From a virus (taxonomy: Duplodnaviria > Caudoviricetes): DNA of 64,000 bases. The stretch spans positions 1-64,000 of IMG/VR virus record IMGVR_UViG_3300028886_000060; one strand, given 5' to 3'. This document shows, piece after piece, positions 38,160-49,400 of this stretch. The position numbers and the translations under genes were made by a program. The notes beneath the pieces were generated by a model. That model saw nothing but the letters and a program-made list of their open reading frames with translations. It searched no databases and had not been told where the DNA came from. Every line of letters starts with the position of its first letter. The stretch's first letter is position 1.

Positions 38160-38670
38160 TGAGCTTCGCTATATTTTCGATTACATACAATATGTCTATC
38201 GGCTGATAATCGTGTCTTTCAACTGATACACAGGCCGATCTAGCACTATATGTATTATATGCTGGATTACCATGAACATGTCCAAATATATTACAATATG
38301 GACTGGTGTGATTAATGTATAATGGTTCATGTGATAATATAAACCAGTCATTTATGATAACAGGATTTTCATATACAAGATCAAACCCCATATTGAAATA
38401 TATTGGTGTTTGTAAGGTATCATGATTTCCTTTTATGAGGATCTTTCTACCATTAAGCTGTGATAAAATATCCTGAGTCTTTTCTGTATCTTCATAAAAC
38501 GAAAAGTCTCCAAGGACATAAACAGTGTCATCGGGTTCATCGACTCTATAATTCCAATTGTCTATCATGATCTGATCCATTTCTTCAACAGAAGAGAATG
38601 GTCGATTTTCAAATTTTATAATATTCGGATCCCCGAAATGGGGATCCGCGATTACAAACTCTCTACTCAT
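38146..38670 (-). CDS. calcineurin-like metallophosphoesterase
   Basis: Motifs DPHFG, LGD, GNHD, SHEP and GHVH. Confidence 0.9.
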   Translation of the reverse strand: MSREFVIADPHFGDPNIIKFENRPFSSVEEMDQIMIDNWNYRVDEPDDTVYVLGDFSFYEDTEKTQDILSQLNGRKILIKGNHDTLQTPIYFNMGFDLVYENPVIINDWFILSHEPLYINHTSPYCNIFGHVHGNPAYNTYSARSACVSVERHDYQPIDILYVIENIAKLNGRK

Positions 38671-38673
38671 GTA

Positions 38674-39282
38674 TTATTCCTCCAAGTCTATAATAAGTGT
38701 TCTACCGTCTTTTTCCTTTTCCTTCTGCATCTTCTTGACATACTTGTCAATTATTTTACAAAGGACTTTCTCGAATGACTTAACGAACTTATCACACTTA
38801 TCAGTATTCGGATGCTTTACATAACCAGACACACTCTTTCTGATCTCGTACTGATCTTTGTATTGATTGATGAATTCGTTTATTATAAATATTGGCCGTC
38901 CGGCTTTTGCACGTTCTTCATTTACCTGAGCAATATGTTCACGGAGCTTGTGTATTGTCTTGAATCTTTCGTATAAATCGAAGTCACTTATTTTTACGAA
39001 GAACCAACAATCTATTGGATAGCCATGTTTAAAACCATCCTCATCAATATTACCCAGCCTCACGCGTAAGCTATATTTGTCACATATGGAGAAAGGATCT
39101 ATCTCGACAACGATTGCATTAAAGCCGATCTTTTCAACAGCATCATCCATGAATTCTAATGTTCCATCATCCTTTGTGCGAACTGATTTATATTTTTGAA
39201 TGATTTCTTTTGCCACGAACTCCTGAAAATCCCACAGGATCTTGGAATGTTTGCTGAGCTCTTTAAATTCTTCTCTTGTCAT
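38674..39282 (-). CDS. hypothetical protein
   Basis: 202 aa with SD AGGAGG. Confidence 0.7.
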   Translation of the reverse strand: MTREEFKELSKHSKILWDFQEFVAKEIIQKYKSVRTKDDGTLEFMDDAVEKIGFNAIVVEIDPFSICDKYSLRVRLGNIDEDGFKHGYPIDCWFFVKISDFDLYERFKTIHKLREHIAQVNEERAKAGRPIFIINEFINQYKDQYEIRKSVSGYVKHPNTDKCDKFVKSFEKVLCKIIDKYVKKMQKEKEKDGRTLIIDLEE

Positions 39283-39297
39283 TTTATATTCCTCCTG

Positions 39298-40293
39298 TTA
39301 TTTATTTCCTATTGCAAGTAAACTGTTTCCACATGTGATTCTGTCAGAATCTTCCTCATGTGATGGAACAAAGACTATTACGTCCCAACCATTATCAACG
39401 AGAGGTTTCTCGAATCTTTCATAGACATCGAAATCAGTTACGATTTCATAGCCGTTATTAACAGCTTCTTTTGTTTCATGAATAGGAGTGATCTTAACAA
39501 TACATTTATCTTTGTCAAAATACTTATTCATGAGATCAACATCAAGATTACTCTCAGATGTGACAGCAAAGTTTAATGTATACTTTCTGTCGATTGGTGT
39601 TGGTAAACTATTTACGATGTCAGAAATCTTTCCAAGATCAAGAGACATGCCATTGAACATTTCATTTCTCTTAACATCATCAAGTGTATTAATAGAGAAC
39701 TGAAGACCTGGATGACCCCATGCAGGATATTCGTCGAGACGCATCATGTCAGTCCATCTCGCAAGGAATGTTCCCAGCTTAGGATTATCCTTTGGCATCA
39801 TAGTTGACACGACAGGATGATACTCTTCAAAGATAGGTGACTTTTCTCCGAAGAATCGATGACCGTCTATGCATATATCTCCGATTATTTTAGCAACTTC
39901 AATAACCTGCAGATTGAAAGTAGGTTCTCCCATTCTTGCAAAATGGAGATTGAGTCTCTTACCTTCCTTTATACCCGAAAGGGAGATAGCTGTTGTTATT
40001 TCTGATAACATCTCCCATGTCGACAGATTGCCGTAGAAACCATACTTCGGACAATCGCAGAAGTTGCATTTCATTGGACAACCTTTTTGTGTTGATACCG
40101 TTACAACCAGTTTCTCTTTAATATCAACCGGTCTGTGTTCAACTTTCTCGATTCTTTTTGTATAACCAAGAAAGTCTGCTTTTATGTTGTTCTCTTTGCC
40201 ATAGTCACCAACGTACAGATATTCAGCCTTTATAGCTGGATCTGATACAATAATTCCTGTGTGGGTTGGTGTGATTATTCTATTATTTTCCAT
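39298..40293 (-). CDS. RlmN/Cfr-like radical SAM enzyme
   Basis: STQKGCPMKCNFC (CxxxCxxC), MGEP and C-terminal TCGN. Confidence 0.85.
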   Translation of the reverse strand: MENNRIITPTHTGIIVSDPAIKAEYLYVGDYGKENNIKADFLGYTKRIEKVEHRPVDIKEKLVVTVSTQKGCPMKCNFCDCPKYGFYGNLSTWEMLSEITTAISLSGIKEGKRLNLHFARMGEPTFNLQVIEVAKIIGDICIDGHRFFGEKSPIFEEYHPVVSTMMPKDNPKLGTFLARWTDMMRLDEYPAWGHPGLQFSINTLDDVKRNEMFNGMSLDLGKISDIVNSLPTPIDRKYTLNFAVTSESNLDVDLMNKYFDKDKCIVKITPIHETKEAVNNGYEIVTDFDVYERFEKPLVDNGWDVIVFVPSHEEDSDRITCGNSLLAIGNK

Positions 40294-40308
40294 TATATAT
40301 TCCTCCTA

Positions 40309-40674
40309 TTATGTCAAGTCATGTTCATAACTGCAGAAGTCATTCTTCCTCAGTTCGGAATCAACAAACTTCTCACAGTCTTCTTTTATCGATTCTTTCC
40401 TTTTTCTTTCTTCTTCCTCCTTCAATGCTTCAGCCTCTTCCTCTGCTGCAATTCTTGCTTGTCTTTCAGCAACCTCTTCTTCAAAAGATTGATCTGCTTC
40501 TATGAGTGACAGCTGTAAAGAAACAGTTCTCTTGATGGAGTCGTTGATCTTCCAGAAATCATCATCGGGATGATTATCACAGATCTTTTTAACAACGACT
40601 CTTAAGAGTTCAACTTCATTCTCATTTAAAAATCCTCCTGTCATGGTCTTTTCATATTCTCTTACGTTTTTCAT
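40309..40674 (-). CDS. hypothetical coiled-coil protein
   Basis: 121 aa with SD AAGGAGG. Confidence 0.65.
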   Translation of the reverse strand: MKNVREYEKTMTGGFLNENEVELLRVVVKKICDNHPDDDFWKINDSIKRTVSLQLSLIEADQSFEEEVAERQARIAAEEEAEALKEEEERKRKESIKEDCEKFVDSELRKNDFCSYEHDLT

Positions 40675-41528
40675 GCTAATGGTTTTCCTCCTTGAGATAA
40701 TATTTTAGACATTTCAATTGATATGATTTCAGGTGTAATTAATTCACGTGCTGACATTACATCATTAACGAGAAATGGTTTGTCCATGTTTACTGTATTT
40801 CTTGCGAATAAGTATGTCAACCTCATCGAGTCATCTGGTCTCTTGAAATATCCACCACCTGAATCTGCGTATATTAGCATCGCTTTATCATGATATTTAT
40901 CAACATTAAACGTCTTTGTTTTTATAACAATTTTTGATATATCGGTATCTGTCATATCAACAAAGGTTTCACCATCGTATACGACTCTCTTGCAACATTT
41001 GCAATTTCTGAGAAGATCTTCCGGTGACCATATATATGTACTAACATCGGTTCCACCAATCTTAGACATTAATGCATGACGTTCATCACAGTATTTTGCT
41101 TTAAGAACGCCATATGTGTTACCAGAGAAGAACAGCAGATTCTGTTCTTTGATATCGTCTGAGAATATATTCATTTCCGGTATAAAGAAATCATCTACGA
41201 AATCACCTACACGATATATGATATTATACCATCTGGGTTTTTCTGAATATATGAAACTTTCACAGTGCATATGATCTTTTATAGCTTCATCAATAATACC
41301 TTTGTATTTGTTCCCAAAGGTAACATTACACAGATGCGATACAGCCGATACTACATATACGGAATCATTATATTTGTCCTGGAAAATCAACGAAGACACA
41401 TTGTTTTCTTTTAGAGTCATCATACGCATTTCTCTTGACACAATGTAGTCTTCATCGACCTTGAAATACTCTGGATCGAAAACAATTTTCCCGGTTTCAT
41501 CATATATTAAATAAGCAGGTATTCTCAT
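40671..41528 (-). CDS. hypothetical protein
   Basis: 285 aa; ATGA-coupled. Confidence 0.7.
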   Translation of the reverse strand: MRIPAYLIYDETGKIVFDPEYFKVDEDYIVSREMRMMTLKENNVSSLIFQDKYNDSVYVVSAVSHLCNVTFGNKYKGIIDEAIKDHMHCESFIYSEKPRWYNIIYRVGDFVDDFFIPEMNIFSDDIKEQNLLFFSGNTYGVLKAKYCDERHALMSKIGGTDVSTYIWSPEDLLRNCKCCKRVVYDGETFVDMTDTDISKIVIKTKTFNVDKYHDKAMLIYADSGGGYFKRPDDSMRLTYLFARNTVNMDKPFLVNDVMSARELITPEIISIEMSKILSQGGKPLA

Positions 41529-41878
41529 TTTTGTGGATCATCCTTTCTATATTGAGCCATGAACTGCTGCTTTGTTACAATATGACATTCGATTTTATCA
41601 AAATCGATATCATACTTTTCTTCGAACCGTCTGATTGCATCGACAGCGGTTATTTTCTTGCCGAATACTTCAGACATTGAAGATACGAAACAGTAGTCTT
41701 CGAAAAATGCTTTTATCTCCTCTGGAGATTTCCCCTGTCGTTCCAGGACGGTTATTGCCATGGCAGCGGTTGATACTGCTGCAGAGTCAATCAGATTCGA
41801 GAATATATCGTACTGATATTCCTGGAACTGCTGTTCTCTACATTTTTGACAATCACGAATTGTGGTTCTTGCTTTCAT
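41525..41878 (-). CDS. hypothetical phage protein
   Basis: 117 aa with SD AAAGGA; first gene after the early motif. Confidence 0.7.
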   Translation of the reverse strand: MKARTTIRDCQKCREQQFQEYQYDIFSNLIDSAAVSTAAMAITVLERQGKSPEEIKAFFEDYCFVSSMSEVFGKKITAVDAIRRFEEKYDIDFDKIECHIVTKQQFMAQYRKDDPQK

Positions 41879-41925
41879 TTTTTAACATCCTTTCCGGGCA
41901 TCATTTAAAACGTTTATTTGATGTC

Positions 41926-41944
41926 CATATAAATAATATGTATA
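41926..41944 (-). promoter_or_regulatory. early-type phage promoter motif
   Basis: Minus strand reads TATACATATTATTTATATG; heads the roughly 13-kb minus-strand block. Confidence 0.7.
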
Positions 41945-41972
41945 TGAGATATCAATATATGAGAGATGAGGG

Positions 41973-42503
41973 CTAATGGCCCTCATCGTTCATTTTAAGT
42001 TGTTTATCATTTATTTCATTGAATTCTACATCAATAATCTCTGTTGATGAAATTGTGTCTGAATCTGTAAGTAATTTAACACTGTCGTCGGGTATTTCAA
42101 AATGAATTTTAAATAATTCTCGACGAGCATCAATATCAAAATTAGATTCCAATAATTTCATTTCATTACCTTTATCTTCAACCCAAACTTCATAAATTTG
42201 TGCGATCTCATCAGTACGAGCATTCTTTAATCTATTGAAACTATCAACTTTCCATACAAGATTTATTATTAATTCAATCCGAGGATTTTTAATTTTTTCT
42301 TCATTCTCTTCATCCGTAGCTATAACAATGAAATCCTTGTAGAAATCGATGTATTCAATGTTGGGTTGTCTATCATTTATTCTTATCTTTAATTCATAAT
42401 CAAAACGAGCTGTGTGTTCCCAGAATATCTTATATAATAACTCATCGTCAACTTTCATCAAGATCATATTATGGGTAGCATAGATAATTTCCTTAGCAAA
42501 CAT
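41973..42503 (-). CDS. hypothetical protein
   Basis: SD GGAGGTG before MFAKEII. Confidence 0.65.
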   Translation of the reverse strand: MFAKEIIYATHNMILMKVDDELLYKIFWEHTARFDYELKIRINDRQPNIEYIDFYKDFIVIATDEENEEKIKNPRIELIINLVWKVDSFNRLKNARTDEIAQIYEVWVEDKGNEMKLLESNFDIDARRELFKIHFEIPDDSVKLLTDSDTISSTEIIDVEFNEINDKQLKMNDEGH

Positions 42504-42544
42504 AGTTTCACCTCCAAGCAAACTTTATGTGATATGTTGTTCCG

Positions 42545-42557
42545 AACCGCACGGTAA
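42545..42557 (+). promoter_or_regulatory. late-type promoter (AACC-N6-TAA)
   Basis: Precedes the tail-fibre cluster. Confidence 0.65.
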
Positions 42558-42582
42558 ATTTCAATAAGAAAGGAGAGTTATT

Positions 42583-45210
42583 ATGCCAAATGATTCACAT
42601 CAGCACGTTGTTAAAACCACGAGTCAATGGAATGAACGTGCTGTAGAATATTGGGTTGTACCTAGAGGATGTTTATGTGTTGAATTAACACCCGACGGAA
42701 AAACAAAACTCAAAATAGGTGAAGGTAATAAATATTATCACCAATTGCCATATGTAACAGATGGCTCTGATTTATCTCAATATTATACCAAAGAAGAAAT
42801 TGATAATTTATTAAACAATTTCAATCGAATGGCTATAATGGATACAGAGGAAAAAGAATCTAAAGACGACTTACCTCTGGATGGTAATAAACTTGGTGAT
42901 GTATATCTTGTTAAATCACAAGACCCATCTACAAAACCAGATCCTGATGTATATCTGTGGACTGGTAGTAAATGGATATACGTTGGATATGATTTCACCA
43001 ATATAGATCTTTCTCATTATTTAACAAAAGAAGAATTCCATCAATTGTTCGATAATGTACAAGAAAAAGTTGATATTATGTGGCCTAAGATGCATAGTCA
43101 CCAAAATATCAATGTTCTTGATAGAATCGAAGAACCCTATACAACAGCAGAAAAAGAAAAGCTTGCTGGTTTAAGGAATTATGATTCTGATATAGATCAA
43201 ATCAATTATGACATTGATCTATTGATGGCGGAGAAACATCACCACGATAACAAATCATTTCTTGATACTATAACCGAAGACTATCAGATCTGGAGTATTG
43301 CGGATCGTGAGAAGTTTGATAACATACCTGACTACTCTGGAGTCATTGCTGAAATACAATATGAGATTCAAGTTCTTAATGAAAAATCTCATACCCATGG
43401 TATCGATGGTAAGGGAACTCTGGATATACTTAATCAGATAGAAGAGCCTTATACTACATCCGAAAAAGAAAAGCTTGCAGGATTAGAAAACTATTCTGAT
43501 TTTATTGGTACCAATGGAATGTATTCCGGTATTCACGGTTTAGTACCAGCACCATCAACACGTGATGTTGGTAAGGTGTTATCATCAACCGGTACATGGG
43601 TAAGCTTACCTGAGATAACTGTTAATGACTTCACAGGAGCTACTGATTCTACTGATGGTACACATGGTTTAGTACCAGCTCCATTAGCTGGTGAAGAGAC
43701 ATATTTCTTATGTGGAGATGGTACATGGAAAGAAATTGAAATTCCTGAATATGATGCAGGTATTGGTTTAACATTAGGAACGATTATCGAACATAACCAG
43801 AATACTGATATACCTGAAGACTATATCCAAGTTGAGTACTTGGAATCAACAGGTACGCAATACATAAATCTCAATGGACTTGCTATATGGGATCAGATTG
43901 ATATCACTATAGATTTTTCCATAACTCACATTGTCAATGATACATGGATTTCAGGTAATGGAAACTCATATTATGGCTACTGCAAAGGATTAGGTATGTT
44001 AGATAATGCGTTACGTAAACCGGATACAAATACAACGTATGATCCTGACATACTACAAGAAAATCTACGTGTTATTGGATTTTACCATGCCGATGAATCA
44101 TATCAGAGTGTTTTTGTATTCGCAAGATCTGATATGTACGGACGTGTTGTTGGTAATTCTCAATGTAGAATATACTCAATTTCGACGGTTGAAACGAGCT
44201 CTCAAGTAGGTGGTAATGGAAAGAGATGTAAGTTCTTCCCATGTATAAGAAGAGCTGATAATGTTCCTGGATTATATGATACCGAGAATGATGCATTTTT
44301 CACTAACAGTGGAACCGATGAATTTTTATATGGTCCAGCAATGCGTGTTAGAGAGGTATTACCTGATACTGGTAATACGTTTAACGTAAATGTCGGAGAA
44401 GGATTGATTGTCGATGATGATAATTTTATTAATAATGACGGCATTTTAGATATAACACAAGATGACGCTGATAATTCAAATATATTAACAGTCCATTTTC
44501 GAGATAATGTCACTAAAGACGTGACTATTGATACAGGTGTTGTTAATATTACTCAGGAAGATCCGAATAAGCTTAACGAACTTACTATTGAAAGTTCTGA
44601 TGGTACAACATCAGTTATTACTATTCCGACTGGTACCGGTGGAGCATATACAGCTGGTGATGGTATCAATATTACAAGCGATACTACACCAGTTATCGAA
44701 GCTAAACTCGGAGAAGGTTTACAGTTTGATGCAAATGGTGGCATCGAAGTAGAACCACAATATGTTCGTGTGTCTACAACAGATTCATTTGTACTGTTGC
44801 ATACTAAACCCAGTGATTGGGATACTGATTGGTATAAATATTATGAATTGACATATGACCAATTACCTGGGGTTCCTCCTGACTGGGATCCAACGAAGCA
44901 TTATAAATATATAAATGATAACTATGTCCTTGGATCTCCTGGAGACACTTTTGTAAGCACAACATGGTATGATAAGCACTACGTTGGACTCGATCCAAAC
45001 ACACCTGTTGTTTTTGATTCAGACGTATACTATACAGGAGACCTTTCTCTTATAACAGATGGAGAAAATTTTGATACTGCATTTGAAAAGGTCAATGAAG
45101 CGATTCAACATGTTGAACGTTTAGAAAATGAGGTAGGATTCTTAAAAGGTAACAGTGTTGGAGTTCGCACAACGAGTGATCCAGAACGTATAGAATTCTA
45201 CAGAACTTAA
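42583..45210 (+). CDS. tail fibre/appendage protein
   Basis: N-terminal Mtd/hyaluronidase-N-like motif KLKIGEG..YYHQLPY, repeated YTTAEKEKLAGL and GLVPAP, EYLESTGTQYI lectin-like domain, and YTAGDGINI repeats. Confidence 0.8.
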   Translation: MPNDSHQHVVKTTSQWNERAVEYWVVPRGCLCVELTPDGKTKLKIGEGNKYYHQLPYVTDGSDLSQYYTKEEIDNLLNNFNRMAIMDTEEKESKDDLPLDGNKLGDVYLVKSQDPSTKPDPDVYLWTGSKWIYVGYDFTNIDLSHYLTKEEFHQLFDNVQEKVDIMWPKMHSHQNINVLDRIEEPYTTAEKEKLAGLRNYDSDIDQINYDIDLLMAEKHHHDNKSFLDTITEDYQIWSIADREKFDNIPDYSGVIAEIQYEIQVLNEKSHTHGIDGKGTLDILNQIEEPYTTSEKEKLAGLENYSDFIGTNGMYSGIHGLVPAPSTRDVGKVLSSTGTWVSLPEITVNDFTGATDSTDGTHGLVPAPLAGEETYFLCGDGTWKEIEIPEYDAGIGLTLGTIIEHNQNTDIPEDYIQVEYLESTGTQYINLNGLAIWDQIDITIDFSITHIVNDTWISGNGNSYYGYCKGLGMLDNALRKPDTNTTYDPDILQENLRVIGFYHADESYQSVFVFARSDMYGRVVGNSQCRIYSISTVETSSQVGGNGKRCKFFPCIRRADNVPGLYDTENDAFFTNSGTDEFLYGPAMRVREVLPDTGNTFNVNVGEGLIVDDDNFINNDGILDITQDDADNSNILTVHFRDNVTKDVTIDTGVVNITQEDPNKLNELTIESSDGTTSVITIPTGTGGAYTAGDGINITSDTTPVIEAKLGEGLQFDANGGIEVEPQYVRVSTTDSFVLLHTKPSDWDTDWYKYYELTYDQLPGVPPDWDPTKHYKYINDNYVLGSPGDTFVSTTWYDKHYVGLDPNTPVVFDSDVYYTGDLSLITDGENFDTAFEKVNEAIQHVERLENEVGFLKGNSVGVRTTSDPERIEFYRT

Positions 45211-45231
45211 AATGAAAGGTAGGTTATAAAT

Positions 45232-46320
45232 ATGCCAAATCCACTGGTCTCGCAACTTACGATACCTGATTCTAATGGTACAGGTTCGATCACATATGAC
45301 ATTAAGGATGCGCAAGCTAGAGATGATATAAATACCTTATATACATTGATTGAAGGCGGCGTAGAATTCATAGGTGTCATAGCTCCTTCTCCAGCACATC
45401 AAATCTTTGATGGTGATACAACAAACCCAGTTACTATAAAAGATGGATCGTCAACAAAGAGTGTTACAGCTTCTGTAGGTGATATCGTCTTCCAAGATAC
45501 TAATGAATTTATTTGGGATGGTTCGGTATGGAGAGCATTTGGTGAAGCTACAGGTCTTAAAGCTTTTGCATTTGCTGATACGGGTTCCACATCATATACA
45601 CCAGCTGGTTCTGTTTCTCAGCCATCATTCACTGGTTCATCATCATCTGTAACAATCACCGCGGCAGATAATACTTCTGGTAATTATCAGCCAAAGGGTA
45701 CAGTTTCTAAACCTACATTCACAGGTACTGGTGTTCGTCTTGTTACAGGAAACATTGCTGTACCTAAGACATATACAACTACAACTGCAACAACAGAAAA
45801 CAAAACAGCAACAGTTTCAGCAGCGGGATCAGGTACAGCTACATATACTCCTGGTGGATCTTGTAGTGGTACAGCTGTTACATTGAATACCACAACGGTT
45901 AATAGTATTACAGCTGTTGGTTCACTTCCATCAGCAACGTATACTGCTTCAACCGAGAATCTCGCATTCTCTTGGGGATCGCTTCCAACAAAGGGTTCAG
46001 CTCAAACAGTTGCGACTACTGTTAAAAATGTTACAGATCCTTCTTTCTCCGGAACAGCTGTAAGACTTGTTACTGATAATATTGCAGTACCAAAGACATA
46101 TACAACTACAACTGCAACAACAGAAAACAAAACAGCAACAGTTTCAGCAGCGGGATCAGGTACAGCTACATATACTCCTGGTGGTACTGTTTCTCAACCT
46201 ACATTCACAGGTACGAAAGTGCAGCTCTCTGGTACAACAACTGCTGCCGGTACAGTATCAAAACCATCATTCACTGGTACTGCTGCAACAATTACAGTTA
46301 CACCAGATAATACTCCTTAA
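45232..46320 (+). CDS. fibre protein with GTVSQPSFTG repeats
   Basis: TYDIKDAQAR N-terminus; T/S/G-rich repeats. Confidence 0.75.
   Translation: MPNPLVSQLTIPDSNGTGSITYDIKDAQARDDINTLYTLIEGGVEFIGVIAPSPAHQIFDGDTTNPVTIKDGSSTKSVTASVGDIVFQDTNEFIWDGSVWRAFGEATGLKAFAFADTGSTSYTPAGSVSQPSFTGSSSSVTITAADNTSGNYQPKGTVSKPTFTGTGVRLVTGNIAVPKTYTTTTATTENKTATVSAAGSGTATYTPGGSCSGTAVTLNTTTVNSITAVGSLPSATYTASTENLAFSWGSLPTKGSAQTVATTVKNVTDPSFSGTAVRLVTDNIAVPKTYTTTTATTENKTATVSAAGSGTATYTPGGTVSQPTFTGTKVQLSGTTTAAGTVSKPSFTGTAATITVTPDNTP
45766..46184 (+). repeat. exact 92-bp direct repeat (45766-45857 and 46093-46184)
   Basis: Identical copies 327 bp apart, in frame. Confidence 0.9.
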
Positions 46321-46335
46321 CACAATATGTATTAA

Positions 46336-46362
46336 ATTATGTGGGGTATAACCCCACATAAT
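46336..46362 (+). terminator. hairpin terminator
   Basis: ATTATGTGGGGT-AT-AACCCCACATAAT-type stem followed by a T-rich tail. Confidence 0.65.
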
Positions 46363-46385
46363 TTCTTACTATTCTTTATGCACAA

Positions 46386-46398
46386 AACGTTCATGTAA
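46386..46398 (+). promoter_or_regulatory. late-type promoter (AACG-N6-TAA)
   Basis: Precedes the long tail-fibre gene. Confidence 0.65.
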
Positions 46399-46430
46399 AT
46401 TTCATCAAACAAAGGAGGAATACTTTAACA

Positions 46431-49400
46431 ATGGCAAATTATGTTTCTAATTTAACTGTACAAGTTGGCGACAATTCATCTGCGACATATAACATACGAG
46501 AATTGTTTCCTCATGTTGGTACATGTAGTACAGCTGCAGCAACTGCTGCCAAGGAAGTTACAATAGGAAATTTTAAACTGTATACTGGTGCATGGGTTGT
46601 TGTTAAATTCAATAATACAAATTCCGCTGCGGTTGCATCATTGACATTAAATGTAGATGGAACCGGTGCAAAACCGATTAAATATAGAAATGCTAATCTT
46701 GCTTCGGCTTCACAATTAATAGCAAATAGATACACTTATTTTATATATGATGGAGCAAACTATCAAATCGTCAGTGATTTCAATTCAGACACTTATGATC
46801 GTACATCTCAACAGACGAGAATATATGCTGGTACAATTGGTGTATTCAATTATTCACTCTGTGCTATGGATAACAATCAGAGAATGCAATCATTCACCAC
46901 TACATCAGGTACTGGCACCGCTAAAACATTTAATACATCAGCAAGCTTTATGTATCCTCCGGTAATAATGTACAATGATGCGAACTCGACGTATGCAGAT
47001 GGAACTGCAATAGCAAACAATGTTTTGTATGAACAGTATCCAAGTGTTGATCTTCGATATAGTTGTAATGTAACATCAACCGCTGGATTCACGCAATATA
47101 AACCGGTGTATTTGGAATGTACTATCAATTCAGATGGTACATTTAAACTTACTACAACTGGATTGACACAAACATTTACAAATGGTAAATATTATATATT
47201 ACTTGGATGCATGTATAATACGAGTATATATCAACTGGCATTATTCGCACAGCATCCAATGTTCTATTACGATGGCACTCACTTAAATGGCATTGTTTAT
47301 ACTGCTGCAGAAAAGACTAAATTAAGTGGTATTGCTAATGGAGCTACAAAAGTAGAATCATCATCAAATGGTAAAATAAAAATAAATGGTAAAGATACAA
47401 CGGTCTATTCACATCCAACCCACACAGCTGCATCATCAGGATTATATAAAATAACAGTTGATACAACTGGTCATGTTTCAGCAACAGCTGCAGTAGCCAA
47501 AGGAGATATTCCTGCTTTAGACTATTCAAAAGTATCAATATCAAGAAGTCTCACGTCTGGTACAAAGATAGGATCAATTACAATCGATGGAACATCTACA
47601 GATCTTTACTGTCAAACTAATACTAATACAGACACATTAGTATCACAGACATTTGCAACCGCTGATAATAATAGACCGCTGTTAATGTCATATTACAAAG
47701 TAGGAGAAGCGGCTGGTACAGCACAGGTTGCATATCGAAATGATGCATTGTACTTTAATCCAAGTGGTGGTGTATTAAGATCACCACGGCTTTATTTACA
47801 GACAACCGGTATGCCAATAACCATCAACCTTGACACACTTCAACCAGCAGCTGGAGAAAACGTTAACGTGATGGCTGTTAGGTATAAGAATACTGACGGT
47901 ACTGCTACACATACGGTTTATCCGATTGGCATTCTTGGCAATTCCGCAACTGGTAGTGGTGCTACAAATAATAGTGGTGTTCGTTTAGGTTCAACAAACG
48001 GAACAACAATTGTTTGTGCTGGTGAAAGCAGTACAACATTTGCGGCAGCACAAGCAAAGTATAATGATGAGAACCTTTATTTCGTTGCTGATGGCGCTGT
48101 ATACATGTATACAAACTGTAGCAATGATTCAACAACAGTGACAGGTCCGTGGCGCGTCGGTGGTTTTACAACCGGTACATCTGCGATAACATCCGGTCGT
48201 GTGATGATCACTGATGGAACCACTGGTGGATTTAAAGCATCAGATTACACGATTGCAAAATCTGTACCATCTGATGCCAAATTTTCTGATACCGTTACAA
48301 CAGTAACAACTTCGGGAAGTGGTAATGCTGTTACATCGATAACTGCATCGAATGGTGCTTTGACGGTCACCAAAGGAAGTACGTTCTCCTTATCAAATCA
48401 TACGCATACAACGACAATAGCTGCTGATTCAGGTACAAATCAACTTACATTAGCAGCAAGCACAAAGTATAAGTTGACTACAGGCGGAACTAATTTCATT
48501 TTCACAACTCCTCCAAATACTACTTATTCAGCCGGAACAGGATTGTCTCTATCAGGAACAACTTTCAATCATTCTAACTCCGTAACCGCAGTAACAACCG
48601 CAGTTTTCAAAAAGATAACATATGATGCACAAGGTCACATAACGGGAACTGCTAATGTGACTGCTTCAGATCTCCCATCACATACACATTCATATATTCC
48701 AATGAGTGGATCTACGGATGTAACTGGAAATATTAAAATAACCAAAGCTTCTGGTGATACAGGCTTCTACGCTAAGAGATCTGATACGGGTGTTGAAGTT
48801 TGGATGGGTGTAGGATCTGGTGGAACGAATCATGGTATTTACAGTAATAAACTTGGAAAATGGATGATGTATGGTGATGCATCAAATGTGTATTTGAACG
48901 GTAATGCAACAACAGCATCTTCATGGGCAACTGCCAGAACACTGACATTGAGTGGTCAGTTAACGGGTTCTGTATCTGTAAAGGGTGATGCGAATATGAC
49001 CCTTTCGGGATGGTTGAAAAAGAGTTTTATATATGATGAAACATCGGATTTCGCATCATATGCATGGCATAAGTTTGCAGAAAAAACTATAACAAATGCC
49101 AATGAGGATCAAACAATCACATTTATTGTTTCAAAAACATGGGGTGATGTTCCGAGATATAGTGGTATATTAACCGCCCATATCAGAACAGGTTCGACAA
49201 AAGTATATGAGAGTTCACAATTTTATTGGCAACTTGCAAATGCTAATATAGATCCTGAAGATTTTGTATTCGTATATACGAATACAGCTAATACGAGTTG
49301 TAAGGTTGAATTATGGTATAAACAAACCGCCAGATATGACGGTTGGATATTCACTGTGCTGAAAGAACATAGTAGAACATCAACCAATAATGTGTGGACC

